From assembly GCA_904063045.1 (NCBI GenBank), contig CAJFCJ010000003.1, positions 806,001 through 870,000 on the forward strand: a stretch of DNA of 64,000 bases, written 5' to 3'. The translations under genes and the position numbers were made by a program. This DNA comes from Dimorphilus gyrociliatus (taxonomy: Eukaryota > Animalia > Annelida). Positions within the stretch are counted from its first letter, which is position 1, and each line of letters opens with the position of its first letter. Below the pieces are notes generated by a model. It searched no databases and was not told the DNA's origin. It saw nothing but the letters and a program-made list of their open reading frames with translations. Below, in pieces: positions 25,401-42,850 of this stretch.

Positions 25401-28265
25401 TTATATATATATATATAAATCTTATAAACATACTGTTCTATATGTAAAAATATCCTTTATATATTTATTTATATATTGATTTTATGTAACATACTTAAAG
25501 GTTGATTAAATTTAAAATACATAAACGAAGATCATATGAAAATGTCCAGGCACCTAAAAAGTAAAGGTGAAATATTCTGTTAATCACCTTATCGAAACTT
25601 AAAAAAAAAAAAATTCCAATCATTGTTAACGGTTACAGCAGGCTAGAACAGGTTCTAACCAATTTGCTAAATACATATAAATATATATACAAATATATAT
25701 TTATATATACAGCATACATATTTAAATATATACCATATATATTCAAATATCATAATACACAAAAAAATATGAGAAAACCGCAAAATATTTTTTCCTATTC
25801 TGAATGTTCAGAACAAACAGCAAGACGTAAATTTATGGGCAAATTGCCAAACACTTTCATACAGATTTATTATCGATTGGGTAGAGAATTGAGTTGTCTT
25901 GAACGTGTTTGTTGTTTGAGAAAAAAACACAAGCTTACGAGGAGTGCGTGAGAAGATAGAAGAAAACACTGACATTTTTCTTTTTCTCTTCTTCCTCAAT
26001 AAATCTTTGACTTCTACGTTACAGCATATATATATCGCACACAGTATATATGCATAAAGACCTTTTATTACTTTCTTTTATTGTTTACTAAATGAAGTAT
26101 ACGAAATAATTTTATTTCATTTTTGAAAGGCCTATGAAAAGGGATTAGGATAAATAAATAAAAGACTGATAATTAAGATAAGCAGTTGTTAGTATTGAAG
26201 CGCTTAATGAAGGCTCTGAGGAAGAAAATTCTTAAACGTGCCAACTTTTGTCGATTAAAATGTAAATCAGTCATCAATCTCTATCTCTCTCCCTCTCACT
26301 CTCGCTCGCTTTCTCCCTCTCTAAACTTCCTACTCACCACTTCTCTATATATCCATATATTCTATTTTTAAACCTTTCCAGGAGACTGACTAATTTTTTT
26401 TTAGCACTAAGAATTGTAATCGAACAACGAAAACAAGCAAGTGGTATTTTATCTCGAGGAAAACCGCAAAAGGACTGAAAAAAATTCAAGTTCATATCGA
26501 TAACATAGTAAACCAAGGGAGAGTTAACTAGGAAAATGATAAAAGAGATTGAAAAGAAAAAACAGTATTATTTCATTCGAAAATCTGAGATTCGAAAAAA
26601 AAAATCACCACTTCTATAAACAAAGTATTTTACTTCTGTCAAAGTTATCTAATCTGTACTATGTACATATTACGTAACAATAACAAGCTAAATATTATAA
26701 AATTACGAATTGAACGTTAATTAAGGTCAGGATACAGAATAATATTATTGTAAATAATAATTTCTACTGAATATTCAACCGTCCTGTAGATGTCGCCAGA
26801 AATATTTTTTTTTTATTTTTTATGAGCCTGAGAAAAAGGTTGGGCAATTGTTTCATCGTTTTTATTACAACTGAACAAAAGATCATGCATTGCTTCAGGT
26901 AAAAGCGGTTAAAGCACGTCCGCTAAATATAGTTAGGGCTAATACAAAAAAGAAGGGAGCGTTCCGAAGTATGGTTACGAATTCCTTTGTGGTATTGAAG
27001 AATTTTTAAATATTTGAGATAAATAACTGTTGTTTTCACATCGAAAAGTGAACTTTTGCTTTGTTTCTCAGAGGTTAATGACCTTAAAAATGTTAACATT
27101 TTCTTTCTCTAATTATAATCCTCCTACACCCTCCCACCGAATATATACATAGACACGATGAAAATAACATAACGCCTACAACTAACGGTAATTTCATTAA
27201 TTCATTAGGAAAAACATGTTTACAAACCAGGACAAATCAAAAACGTTAAAAAACAAACCATACTACGAGAGTGAAATGAAATTAAGAAAAAAAGCTACCC
27301 CCTTCTCTTAAAACACTTTTTCCCCTTATCGAACTTTCACCGAAAAGATATCAATTATCGTCAGTTTGTCGTGACAAACTCTCGTTCGTCTGTAATGTCC
27401 GTGTGTCCAACATACATATGCTATATATATATATATACATATATATTAGTATATATGTACATATGTGGACAATACGTAGAAGTTTTTCTCCTAAAATATA
27501 ATGGATCATTCAATGGTCAGATATAAGGCAGGCGGTTTTTTAAAATTTGAGACACTCGACATTCCTAAACTTTTCTAGGCACTTAATCTGTTAATCCATA
27601 TATAAGAAAACTGTTACTCTATAAGAAATAGCAATAGGCTACTCCTATTAATTAACTTGCATATTTATATCTACTAAAATAATCTTTCTAGGCACAGTAT
27701 TTACATACAAGATAACGCGAATAAAAGTAGGCCTTACAGAAATCCTTTGTTCACTTTTACGTATAACAGACAACTATTCATATTGGAACGGCCGAAATTC
27801 CCCTTATAAAAAGAAATAAATAGCAGGGACACTTTTCCTTTCAATTTTTAAGCTTTGTTTTGGAAATATAACTTTTTACCCTAAGAAAATTCCCAGGGTT
27901 GCCGTGACGCCCTTGTCCAGGGCGTGCTCGCGTTTATCCAGGGTCGTGTTATTATGTTTATTATCTTAAGTAAAGACTTTTTGTAAAGCCTTTTTTACTT
28001 CTTATTTCAACGATAAATAGAAATTGTCTAACAATTCTTGACCGACAAACAAGTACAAAGTTAGCTCAATAAAAAATTACGTAAACTTACCACTGAGAGG
28101 TGATAACTTCTTAATAACAACATAACGATTCTTCCACTATTAGTGAATAACAAAATTAAGACATATTAAAGTTGTTTTCAATATGTTTACCTTTTTTCCA
28201 TTCCGTATTTTTATATAATCCTGTAAAATGTTCACTTTACTATCTACACTACCGTTTTCAGCCAT
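7327..28265 (-). CDS. DOK7: Dok-7-like PH + IRS-type PTB docking/adaptor protein with long tyrosine-motif tail, 10 exons, 1130 aa
   Basis: Exons 28191-28265, 28091-28136, 19197-19433, 18861-19115, 18516-18626, 18195-18332, 16995-17960, 15068-15521, 14100-14620, 7327-7916 join in frame (3393 nt). PH domain: IKIRNGKK|WKNRYVVIKKLSPLSD...FFGLDSGFELDKEANVIAIIC...W. PTB domain: LLGQFKLSQIRRFG...FVFHTGSRC, compared with Dok-7 GQWKLSDLRRYG...FIFEGGTRC. The 46-nt exon 2 and intron phases 0,1,1,1,1 match my recollection of vertebrate DOK7. The symbol means DOK7-like; orthology is untested. Confidence 0.85.
8603..8635. repeat. (TC)n microsatellite
   Basis: Uninterrupted TC run seen directly; it translates as ERERERE in spurious ORF 8560-8757. 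Confidence 0.95.
8670..8765 (-). CDS. Candidate 96-nt symmetric cassette exon of the Dok-7-like gene (ALPLEIMDDLLFRCLQFIDIVIPTLISCRYQR)
   Basis: Minus-strand acceptor tctctcttttttaag and donor gtaaaa; phase 1/1 like the host intron 7917-14099; no stop codon. No expression evidence. Confidence 0.35.
9470..9740. promoter_or_regulatory. CpG-rich intronic regulatory island (CRE, YY1-like and GACGCC motifs)
   Basis: TGACGTCA at 9547-9554; GCGCCATCTTG (rc CAAGATGGCGC, YY1-type) at 9722-9732; GGCGTC/GACGCC at 9474, 9500 and 9524; surrounding DNA is AT-rich. Confidence 0.45.
16425..16464. repeat. (TA)n microsatellite, one of many similar TA runs in the window
   Basis: About 20 TA units seen directly. 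Similar runs near 7150, 12660, 15850, 31085, 34160, 38040 and 61110. Confidence 0.95.
24818..24831 (-). promoter_or_regulatory. CTCF-like binding motif (best match in window)
   Basis: The reverse complement CCAGTAGATGGCGC matches the known CTCF core (CCAS-YAGRKGGCRS-like). Binding is not shown. Confidence 0.5.
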
Positions 28266-34850
<6,585 letters not shown>

Positions 34851-35109
34851 AAACACTTTTTTTTTAAAAGACAAATCTTTTTTAGAATTATTTCTCCTAC
34901 TCTATTGATCCTACTACTCCCTCCCAGCCTCCCTGTCCTCCTCTTTTTTTGCCTTTTTTTTAACTATCATCTCCATTTGTAATTTATACAACTCACAGTT
35001 ACCTTTTGTTATAAAAAAAACCTACACCAATTGAAAATTTGAAGCTCTTAGAGAGAGAATATTTAGTGAAAAATTTTGTTTTAAAGCTAAAAAAAAAAGA
35101 GTCTTTCTA

Positions 35110-35760
35110 TTAGAGTGTCGAATATTTAAATACATTGATCTTATAACTAGTAAATATGCTTTTTTGTTTTCTTGGCGGTAGATGTCGCCACTTGTGTAGT
35201 TGCGAGTGACAAATAATAATTGGTACATTAATAACAATATTGGAGATTTGCAATGACGCTACCACCCAATCAGCAGTCGCCCTTTTCGAACTCGTAGCGG
35301 TAAGGGCCTTGGGAGAAGGTGTCGGAGGGTCAGCGATAGATTTCATACGCCAGTGCGCATCCTTCTTCTTTCCTTCGTCTAGATGAAAAGCCTTAATAAC
35401 GACCCTCCAGAGATTCAAGCAAACTCGAGATAGACAGGTGCAATGTTTAAAAAATACTTTTCCAACTATATGAATAATGCCGGTCGTTAGACTTGAATAG
35501 ACGAAACTTTCTCTCTCTATGCGACTGTCTATACTTTTCTCATTTCGCTTATGAATGATTATTAATGACTGCGAATAAAGTTGGCCGAAATTTCCGTGTA
35601 AATGTCCTAATTTCTTCAAGTTAGAGTGTGCACCTGGCTTTATAAGGACTCTTATATTCGAGTGCAACATAACTAAATAGGTAAGGCGACTGGCAAACAA
35701 AGGGAGTTGAAATAAAAGGAAGAGACTAGCTGAATAGTGTTTAGAAGCCTCGGGTACCAT
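35110..35760 (-). CDS. Orphan open reading frame, probable terminal exon (35110-35689) of an unrecognised gene or a decayed gene
   Basis: About 233 stop-free codons (35110-about 35810) in DNA where stops are otherwise frequent. Strong polypyrimidine acceptor ...ctccctttgtttgccag just upstream of 35689. No recognisable domain. Confidence 0.45.
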   Translation of the reverse strand: MVPEASKHYSASLFLLFQLPLFASRLTYLVMLHSNIRVLIKPGAHSNLKKLGHLHGNFGQLYSQSLIIIHKRNEKSIDSRIERESFVYSSLTTGIIHIVGKVFFKHCTCLSRVCLNLWRVVIKAFHLDEGKKKDAHWRMKSIADPPTPSPKALTATSSKRATADWVVASLQISNIVINVPIIICHSQLHKWRHLPPRKQKSIFTSYKINVFKYSTL

Positions 35761-38700
35761 GACAAAACGGAAAGAGAAAGTGCAGTGAATTATTGAAAGT
35801 TGCGTCCGTTAAAGCGTCTATTGTATTATATTGCTCCTCGGCCGAAAACGTCATAAAATATGACTGAGACAGTGATCGAATGTTCATATTAGCGCACGTT
35901 GATGAGTTTGTATTCAACAAACACGTGCGCAAATAATTTTCAACGAGTCTTGCTAGTCTTTTAAGCTTTCTTAACTTTTATTCTATCTTAACTTATATGC
36001 CATCTATCGGTAGAATAGTGTTTTATTTGTCAAACCGATTAAGCATAAATGTATCTCTTGAAAGAATAGAGGAAGTAAAGTTTCTTTTATTGTTATTTTC
36101 TGTCGCTGTTTGTCCAACTACTCGGAAATCATACTCAACTGAGCCAGGTGCGTTCTATTGCAATGACAATTCCGTCAAGAAGGGAAGAATGGCTGCGGGT
36201 TAGCGTTCTTCTCTCTTTCTATGTCCGTGTGTCTGTTTCTATTACTTGTTCCTTTTACGCCAGATACTTATCTTGTAAATTTGACAGTGACGGGAAAAGA
36301 GTATGATTTATCCTGTGGATGGTCGTTCATTAACGTTCTAACGGTTAGATAATAATCGGTAATATGTTAACCTGGTCATGCGACTGGGCGTGAAGAGCTG
36401 GTCACGCCCCGCCGTCTGCCCCCCGATCTGAGTTTATAAAGTTAAGGGCCGACATGAAAGGGACAGCCGCCAAATTTTCACTGGGGCGTCTATTAGACGC
36501 TCCTTATTTCACGCTGATTTTGTTTGCTTATTAACAACTACGATAATGCAAATTGTAAAACGTAAAAAGCTTTTGTCGCGCAAATAACACGTCGATTTAT
36601 TGTTGCCCTACAAAAAGGATTCTTTATTTATAAAATGTAATCCTCAACAGCTAATGTAACAAAATACATTTAAAACGTTTACAAGTGACGCCTTCTATAC
36701 AACGTCTATAATATAAATTGTTTTCTTTTTCGCTTTTCTGCAGTATTTTTTCAAAAAATTTTCGGAGATTTATCAAACAAACAAACATTGAAAAGAGAAA
36801 AAGCGTAAAGTGACAAAAAAACAATTAAGCATTAAAGCCCTCTTTACCCTTTTAATATCTCTCCCTATGAATATAGGCTGAATCCGACCTTTGTTTATAA
36901 ACTTTCACGCTGATTTCGTTAAATGAATAAGTTTATAAAACCGTGAAGGCTGGGAGATGAAAGAGACGCCGATTGAAATCACTCCATTAGACGCCTCCTT
37001 TATATCAAGTGCCCTATATGATTTGATCAACGTCAAAATATACTTGCATTTCTTTTCCAATAATGATTTAATGGCGGTCAGTTTTATCGCAAAATATGAG
37101 GGATAGATGCAGAGATAGATAGAGAAAGGGGGAGAGAGAAAAAGAGAAAAGTGAGCGAGAGAGACATTCGTTTCATTTCACGGCGGCTTGACTAACCTGT
37201 AGATTATTTATAAGTTGATTTTCGCGTGTAATTTAATGCGATTTTATAGAAAGAAGAATGATAGAGATTTTAATGAACATGTGTTCATCACATGTTACTC
37301 AATCCGAAAGACCTTTAAAAACATTACCTATTCGACCTTTTCCAGCTCTCATTCATACATTTTCAGGTCAGCCGTAACGGAGCTGGAGAAAGGAAGAGGT
37401 GAAGGGAAATTCAAATGATTGCGTATCAAAGAGTTTTTCCAAACTACTCGAAACATTTTAGGCAAGTAGATTTCTTGCGCATAACAGGCTTATTTTGGCA
37501 TGAGATGGATTTTAGAGTGGACAGGCCAACTGGGGAAACGATGGGTGGTCGGTCATATTTTGCGTTTAGACTTTGTGCTTCGAATGGCATGAAACAAGCG
37601 AGACGTTCCAGAACGTTGCTGGAACATCTAACCGCTTCGTTTTATGCTTATTGACTATGACTCTGTGAGAAATTATTAGCTAACTAACTTCGTCGCGCTC
37701 CTAATTTGATTAGGGAGTTGTGTAATAGATTTTTTTTATTATTATTAATAAAGGAAAAGCTTTATCAAAGGAAAAATACCGTCCGACTCACACATAGAAA
37801 CATATTCAATTTGTTTACGTAATAAATAATAAAACAATTTTTTTTTGTTATTTGTATTTATAAAAAGCTACTTTTTATTTTTTCTTGTTTTCCTTTTTTA
37901 TTATTATTATTATACCTTATAATGCTATTCAATTGTCCTTTTTTCTCTATAGAAATCCTATTATAAACAATATACGATTCGCTAGCTTTTCATAAATGAA
38001 CTTATATTTATATAATAACTTTGTTTCAATCTCTAATTTATATATATATATATATATATATATTGTATATGAATTTTTTATCTAAATCTTATTTCTATTT
38101 GTTATGAAGTTATTTTATATCCAAAAAGAAAAACACATCATTTATAACGTTGGTAAATTGCTTTTAAAACTTCCTGTCTGCAAGGGAACTAATGAACTCG
38201 TTGTTCATTCATCATCTTATATCCATTTTCACTTAGTCACGTTCCTTTCTCTATTTTTTTTTGTTATGTTTCAAACTATGTTGGCCTACTTTTATTTGTT
38301 TATTTATATGTTTTTCTATATTATTCTTTTAATCGGATTACAAACTAAACTTATCAAGATATAAAAGAGTAAAAAAATAATAATTTGACCTTTTTTGAAA
38401 TCTTTCTAGCCTTTCGTTCATTCATTCCCTTACCCTCCTTTATTCTTTCTTTCTGCTTCTTCTTCTCTCTCTCTGCCTATGGTCATCTGTTTTTTTTCTC
38501 TTTTCCCGACGGCTATTAGTTGTTATTTTAATATCGTTTGAGTAAATTTGGGAAGAGAGACATCAAAAGACTTTTTTATGCCATTATTTCTTTTGGGCCT
38601 ATAATCCTTATTATGTCCTATTTTCATCCTTTTAAGGTCTTTTCCGTTTCCCTTTCAAAATGTAGAAACGACTGGTTGTATATTTTCTCAGCAGGCCTAT

Positions 38701-41579
38701 TTATCACAATAAATTTTAAAATTCAATTAAGCTAAATGCGTAAAAAACGAGGTAAGACCTTAAGAATTCTTTTTTTAGTAGATAAATAGAGGGGAGGATG
38801 AATAAAAGAGACCGAAATGGGAGGGATATATACCTTTATGTTACTAAGCGAGCCTATAAATTATCCGCTTAATGCAAATAGTATTACAGTTATAATTTAT
38901 TAACGATATAAGGAGAAATATATAATTTAAAGGTGAAGGACGACGAGTACATACTATGCAAAATGACCAGATAAATTATTAAACCAATTACAATATATAT
39001 ACAAAAAGCTAAGCAAAATATTTTCAATTATAGTATACATAGTCCACTAAATTTCAGTTAATTATTCAAAAATTTTACTACTAGTGGCTAAAAGCTTATA
39101 ATTATAAAGGTGTATTGTCTCTCTTCTATTTAAGAAGGACTTTTATTGCCATACTGCAATGAATTTATTAGTTGAAAGTACTTTAAAATAAAGAAGAAGG
39201 GACTAAATTGAATACTAAGCGATGTAGTAAAAAGACACTAAGATTTATTATTTATACTTAATTAAATATATTTTTGTATCTTTTAAGACCTAAGTAAATA
39301 GAAAAATTAGTAAAGGTTGATAAATGATTGAAGAACGTGCCGAACGGAGCGGAACCGGAAATATTGTGATCCATCATCGTTTCGAACATTTTCAAGTTCT
39401 GCTTGACCAGTCGATGACCAATGATGGAGCGTTCATGCATACACTAAAGCATTCTGGTGACAGACATGTTTTTCCATAGGGATTTCTCTTTTTAGACGAC
39501 ATGTGGCGTCGTTCTGCTCCCGCTTCTCACGTAACTTGCCTCCGTATTATAAATACAGTTTCATTTCCATTCTTTTCTTTTCTTCTCCTCCCCCCCTCCC
39601 CCTCTTCTTTCTCGAATACTTAGAATTTGTCATAGCATTAAATGCAAAAACGGATTATCTTACTTTTTCGTATTGCTCCTTTTTTTCCCTAAAAGTCATT
39701 TCTTTTAATGAAAAGCAAATGCAGACTAAATCAAAAGTACCTGTTTCCTATTTAACCAAGCGTTTCTTTACTTATTTTTCACTTACTCCTTCTATTATAG
39801 GCATTACTACAAAATAGTAGTCATACCAACAAATTGCTAATACGAATTGTACGTATCCTATTCATTAGGCATATAATAAGTGAGAATGCTATAAAAAAAA
39901 AGTGAACAAAAGAAAGGATGGAAAAGATATAAGACCATTTTAAATCTTTTGTTTACAACCGAGAAAATCAAGTGGAAAGCGTCTATTATTGCAGTGCACA
40001 GTGTGTAGATCCTTTTTAAAGCGTTCAATCGTGCTTAAAAGGGCAAATATATAGTTTATTGACTATATTCTATTATATGTTTTATATAGTAAATTAGTTT
40101 TATTTCCTTAATCTTTATACTTTTTACTTCTCTCTCTCTCTCTCAATTCTTCGACCATGTAATGAAAAGTATATAAAAACTCCTTTGATGAAGGATAAAT
40201 GTCTATTACGTAATCACTTATTGTCCATCGCTCAATTAATCTCTTGCTGTTTTCATAAAAATTTTATACCAAATGGCTATAGGGGAATACCTAAGCGGTA
40301 TATTCAAAAAACTTCCAATGATACGAATATTCTGAAAATTACGTAATAGGAGTTTATCATATATCCAATCTTGAATATTTTTAAACGAGTTTGATTTTTA
40401 TCTTTATCGGCGTTTTTTTGAAGTAAAATTACAAATTTTCCTCTTTCTCCTTAAATAGATAATGAATATTCATGTGAATAGAAAAAATTTGCATATTTAT
40501 TCAATTTATTAATCGTTTTTATAAGAGAGAAAAATTTTTTTAAAGCGGGGCGGCAACAATTCTTTTATGTTCTCTGACTTGAAAAAAAATTGCATTCTTT
40601 AGTTTCAACTTCTCGAAATACAAGAAGCTTTTAAAGGCTACAGATTTTGTTTAGGGCGTCCTCCATTGAACGCTCAAGAGAATAACCTCTTTTTTTTACG
40701 CTAACTGCTAACGACGTCGATGATCGTTAGAATAAATTTAGAGGCAATGAGGAAGAGAGAAAGAGACGGAAAAAATGTTGCTTTTTAAATGCCAATAGCT
40801 TTTAGTTCTCTTTCGTTTATTATTGATTGACCCTTTCTTATCTATGCTTTATCATTAACATCTTGAAACTTGAATTTGTAAATTTTTCCTTTCTAAATTA
40901 TACAGCTATCATCTATCAAAGGGGAATTTGGAGAGTTTTTTACTAATGCAGGGGAAAGAGTTACCTTGATAACTTGAAAGGGTGAGAACTCGTCATTAAA
41001 TTATGAAATATTAAAAAGCAGCTTCCATGAACAGCCATTGAACGTTAACCAACCAATTTAATTGATGTTTTCTTTTCATGTAAGAGATTAATTCATTTTT
41101 ATAGGTAAATATTTAATTAGTAGATAAGAATGAATTAAGTGTGCCGGAAGAGTTTGTTTGTAACATCACCTCGTCCACTAAGGTTTGTAAAATGTGTCAG
41201 TAACCGCTGACGCGCAACGGCAAGAGAAAAGAGAATATATTATATATTACACACTGAAGGGAAACAGATTCCGATGCTTATTTGGCTTTTGGAAGAACTA
41301 AGGAAATTGGATAGAAATTGAATATAAGATGCTTTAAAAAAGAAGGAAGTAGAAAGTAAAGGAAGTGATATCGTTTTACATACAAATTTCATAACGGGCG
41401 TGAACATTTTTTTCAAAGCCTCTATGCAATTTAGTTTGAAAAACGAGTAGCAAATTGTAAATTATTCAATGAAACGATGGAACATAATATCCCTTTTCCA
41501 GTCGATAAACTCCCCCTTTTCCTTTAAAGGCATAACAAAAGCACAATCGTGCAACTGCAGAAAATAGTCTGGCAAAAAA

Positions 41580-41700
41580 ATAGGCGGATTAGTCACGCGG
41601 ATGTTAGTTGCGTTTCGCATCGCCGATGTACAATGGCATTAGCCAATCAACTGTCGCGCTTCGCGGCACGTGACCAATCCTCGCGTGTTTCTAACACCTT
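41580..41700. promoter_or_regulatory. Promoter-like CpG island with two CCAAT boxes, an E-box and E2F-like CGCG motifs; no assigned gene
   Basis: CCAAT at 41643 and 41674 (31 nt apart); CACGTGACCAAT at 41667-41678; several TCGCG words; extremely AT-rich DNA follows from about 41710. Confidence 0.5.
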
Positions 41701-42698
41701 ATAACTTTCCGTTTTTATCACTGATTAAAGACGATAAAATCCGCTATTTATACATATATTTTTTACGATTATAAGATATTTATTTTAAAATCCTAAAAAT
41801 CATTAAAATCTAAAATATAATTTCATTTATTCTTCCCTTTTTTAATGAAAAAAAAAAGATAAAAGCAAAAAAAAAATAAATAAGTTGATTAATCAACTTT
41901 GTAAATAAAAAAAGAACGAAAAGAAGTGAAAATATCGTGATTATTTAATTAATAGTTTATTTTTCCTTAAACTTTTGAAAATAATGTAATGGAAAAAAAA
42001 AACAAAGACTTTCTTTAATTCTTCACAAACACATGCACATAAAAATGGCAAGAAATTGTCTACATACATAGTATCAAAAAAATTCATATAACACTCTTTA
42101 TAATACATTGTATTGCATATACACCGTGATCAATAGAAATAGATAGATAGATAGAGGGAGAGAAACAGGAGAGAGAGAGCAATAAAATATATATAGTCAT
42201 ATAGACTATATATATTTTAAATAGATACAATAGAGCATTATAGTGGTACGATAAAAATTATAAGCACGTTAAAAATTAAACATTTGGCTTAATTCTTCTT
42301 ATTTCATCTTTTTCTTCTTTCTTTCCTTTTTCTTTTTTTTTATTAAAAAAAAGAAACAATAAACTTAAAAAAAAGAAAAAAAAGAAACTAAATAAAAGAA
42401 GGAAATAAAAGAAAAATAGATATAAAAAAAAAGCAAAGTTTAAACGCATCCTTCATCGTCTTTTTTTTTAATATTATTTCCCGATAAAATTTTGTATGTA
42501 TTCTTTAAATAAGTCCGATCTTTTAATGACTATCTTTCTTTCTAACCCTTTTTTTTTGTACAAATGGTGACGAGAGACCAGACCAGTTCCGACCACAATA
42601 AAAAATGTTTTAAAAAAAAAACGCAGAAAGAGGAGATAGGTTTTTGGTATGAATGGATGTTGGTAGGTTAGTAGGATAGGGCGCTGCGAGCTGATAGG

Positions 42699-42724
42699 AT
42701 ATATATATATATATATATATATTG

Positions 42725-42758
<34 letters not shown>
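42699..42758. repeat. Compound (AT)n/(AG)n microsatellite in the presumptive Pax2/5/8 3'UTR
   Basis: (AT) 42699-42722 and (AG) 42728-42758, about 100 nt past the stop codon at 42851-42853. Confidence 0.9.
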
Positions 42759-42760
<2 letters not shown>

Positions 42761-42850
42761 TTTGGAGTAGGTGGGGTAGAGGCAGTGCTTAGTCGTTTTA
42801 TGCTATTTTCAGATATCTTCGCCTGCGCTATTGTCCGCGCATTGTTTCAG

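Noticed and set aside
35730-35757. 28-nt GT-AG micro-intron that would fuse the two orphan frames
   Set aside because: It is in frame, but the shortest well-supported introns here are 54-57 nt. The supposed transmembrane segment SLFLLFQLPLF is better explained as the polypyrimidine tract of the acceptor at 35690.
35400-35830. Loose resemblance of the orphan ORF to a two-pore K+ channel or GPCR fragment (FNNSLHF, LPL, SFVY..LTTG)
   Set aside because: No TxGYG/GFG filter and no DRY or NPxxY motif; the similarity is a few residues judged by eye.
39320-39550. GC-richer patch with short ORFs on both strands
   Set aside because: No frame has convincing splice sites or a recognisable product. It may be regulatory or part of the orphan locus, but I cannot support a call.
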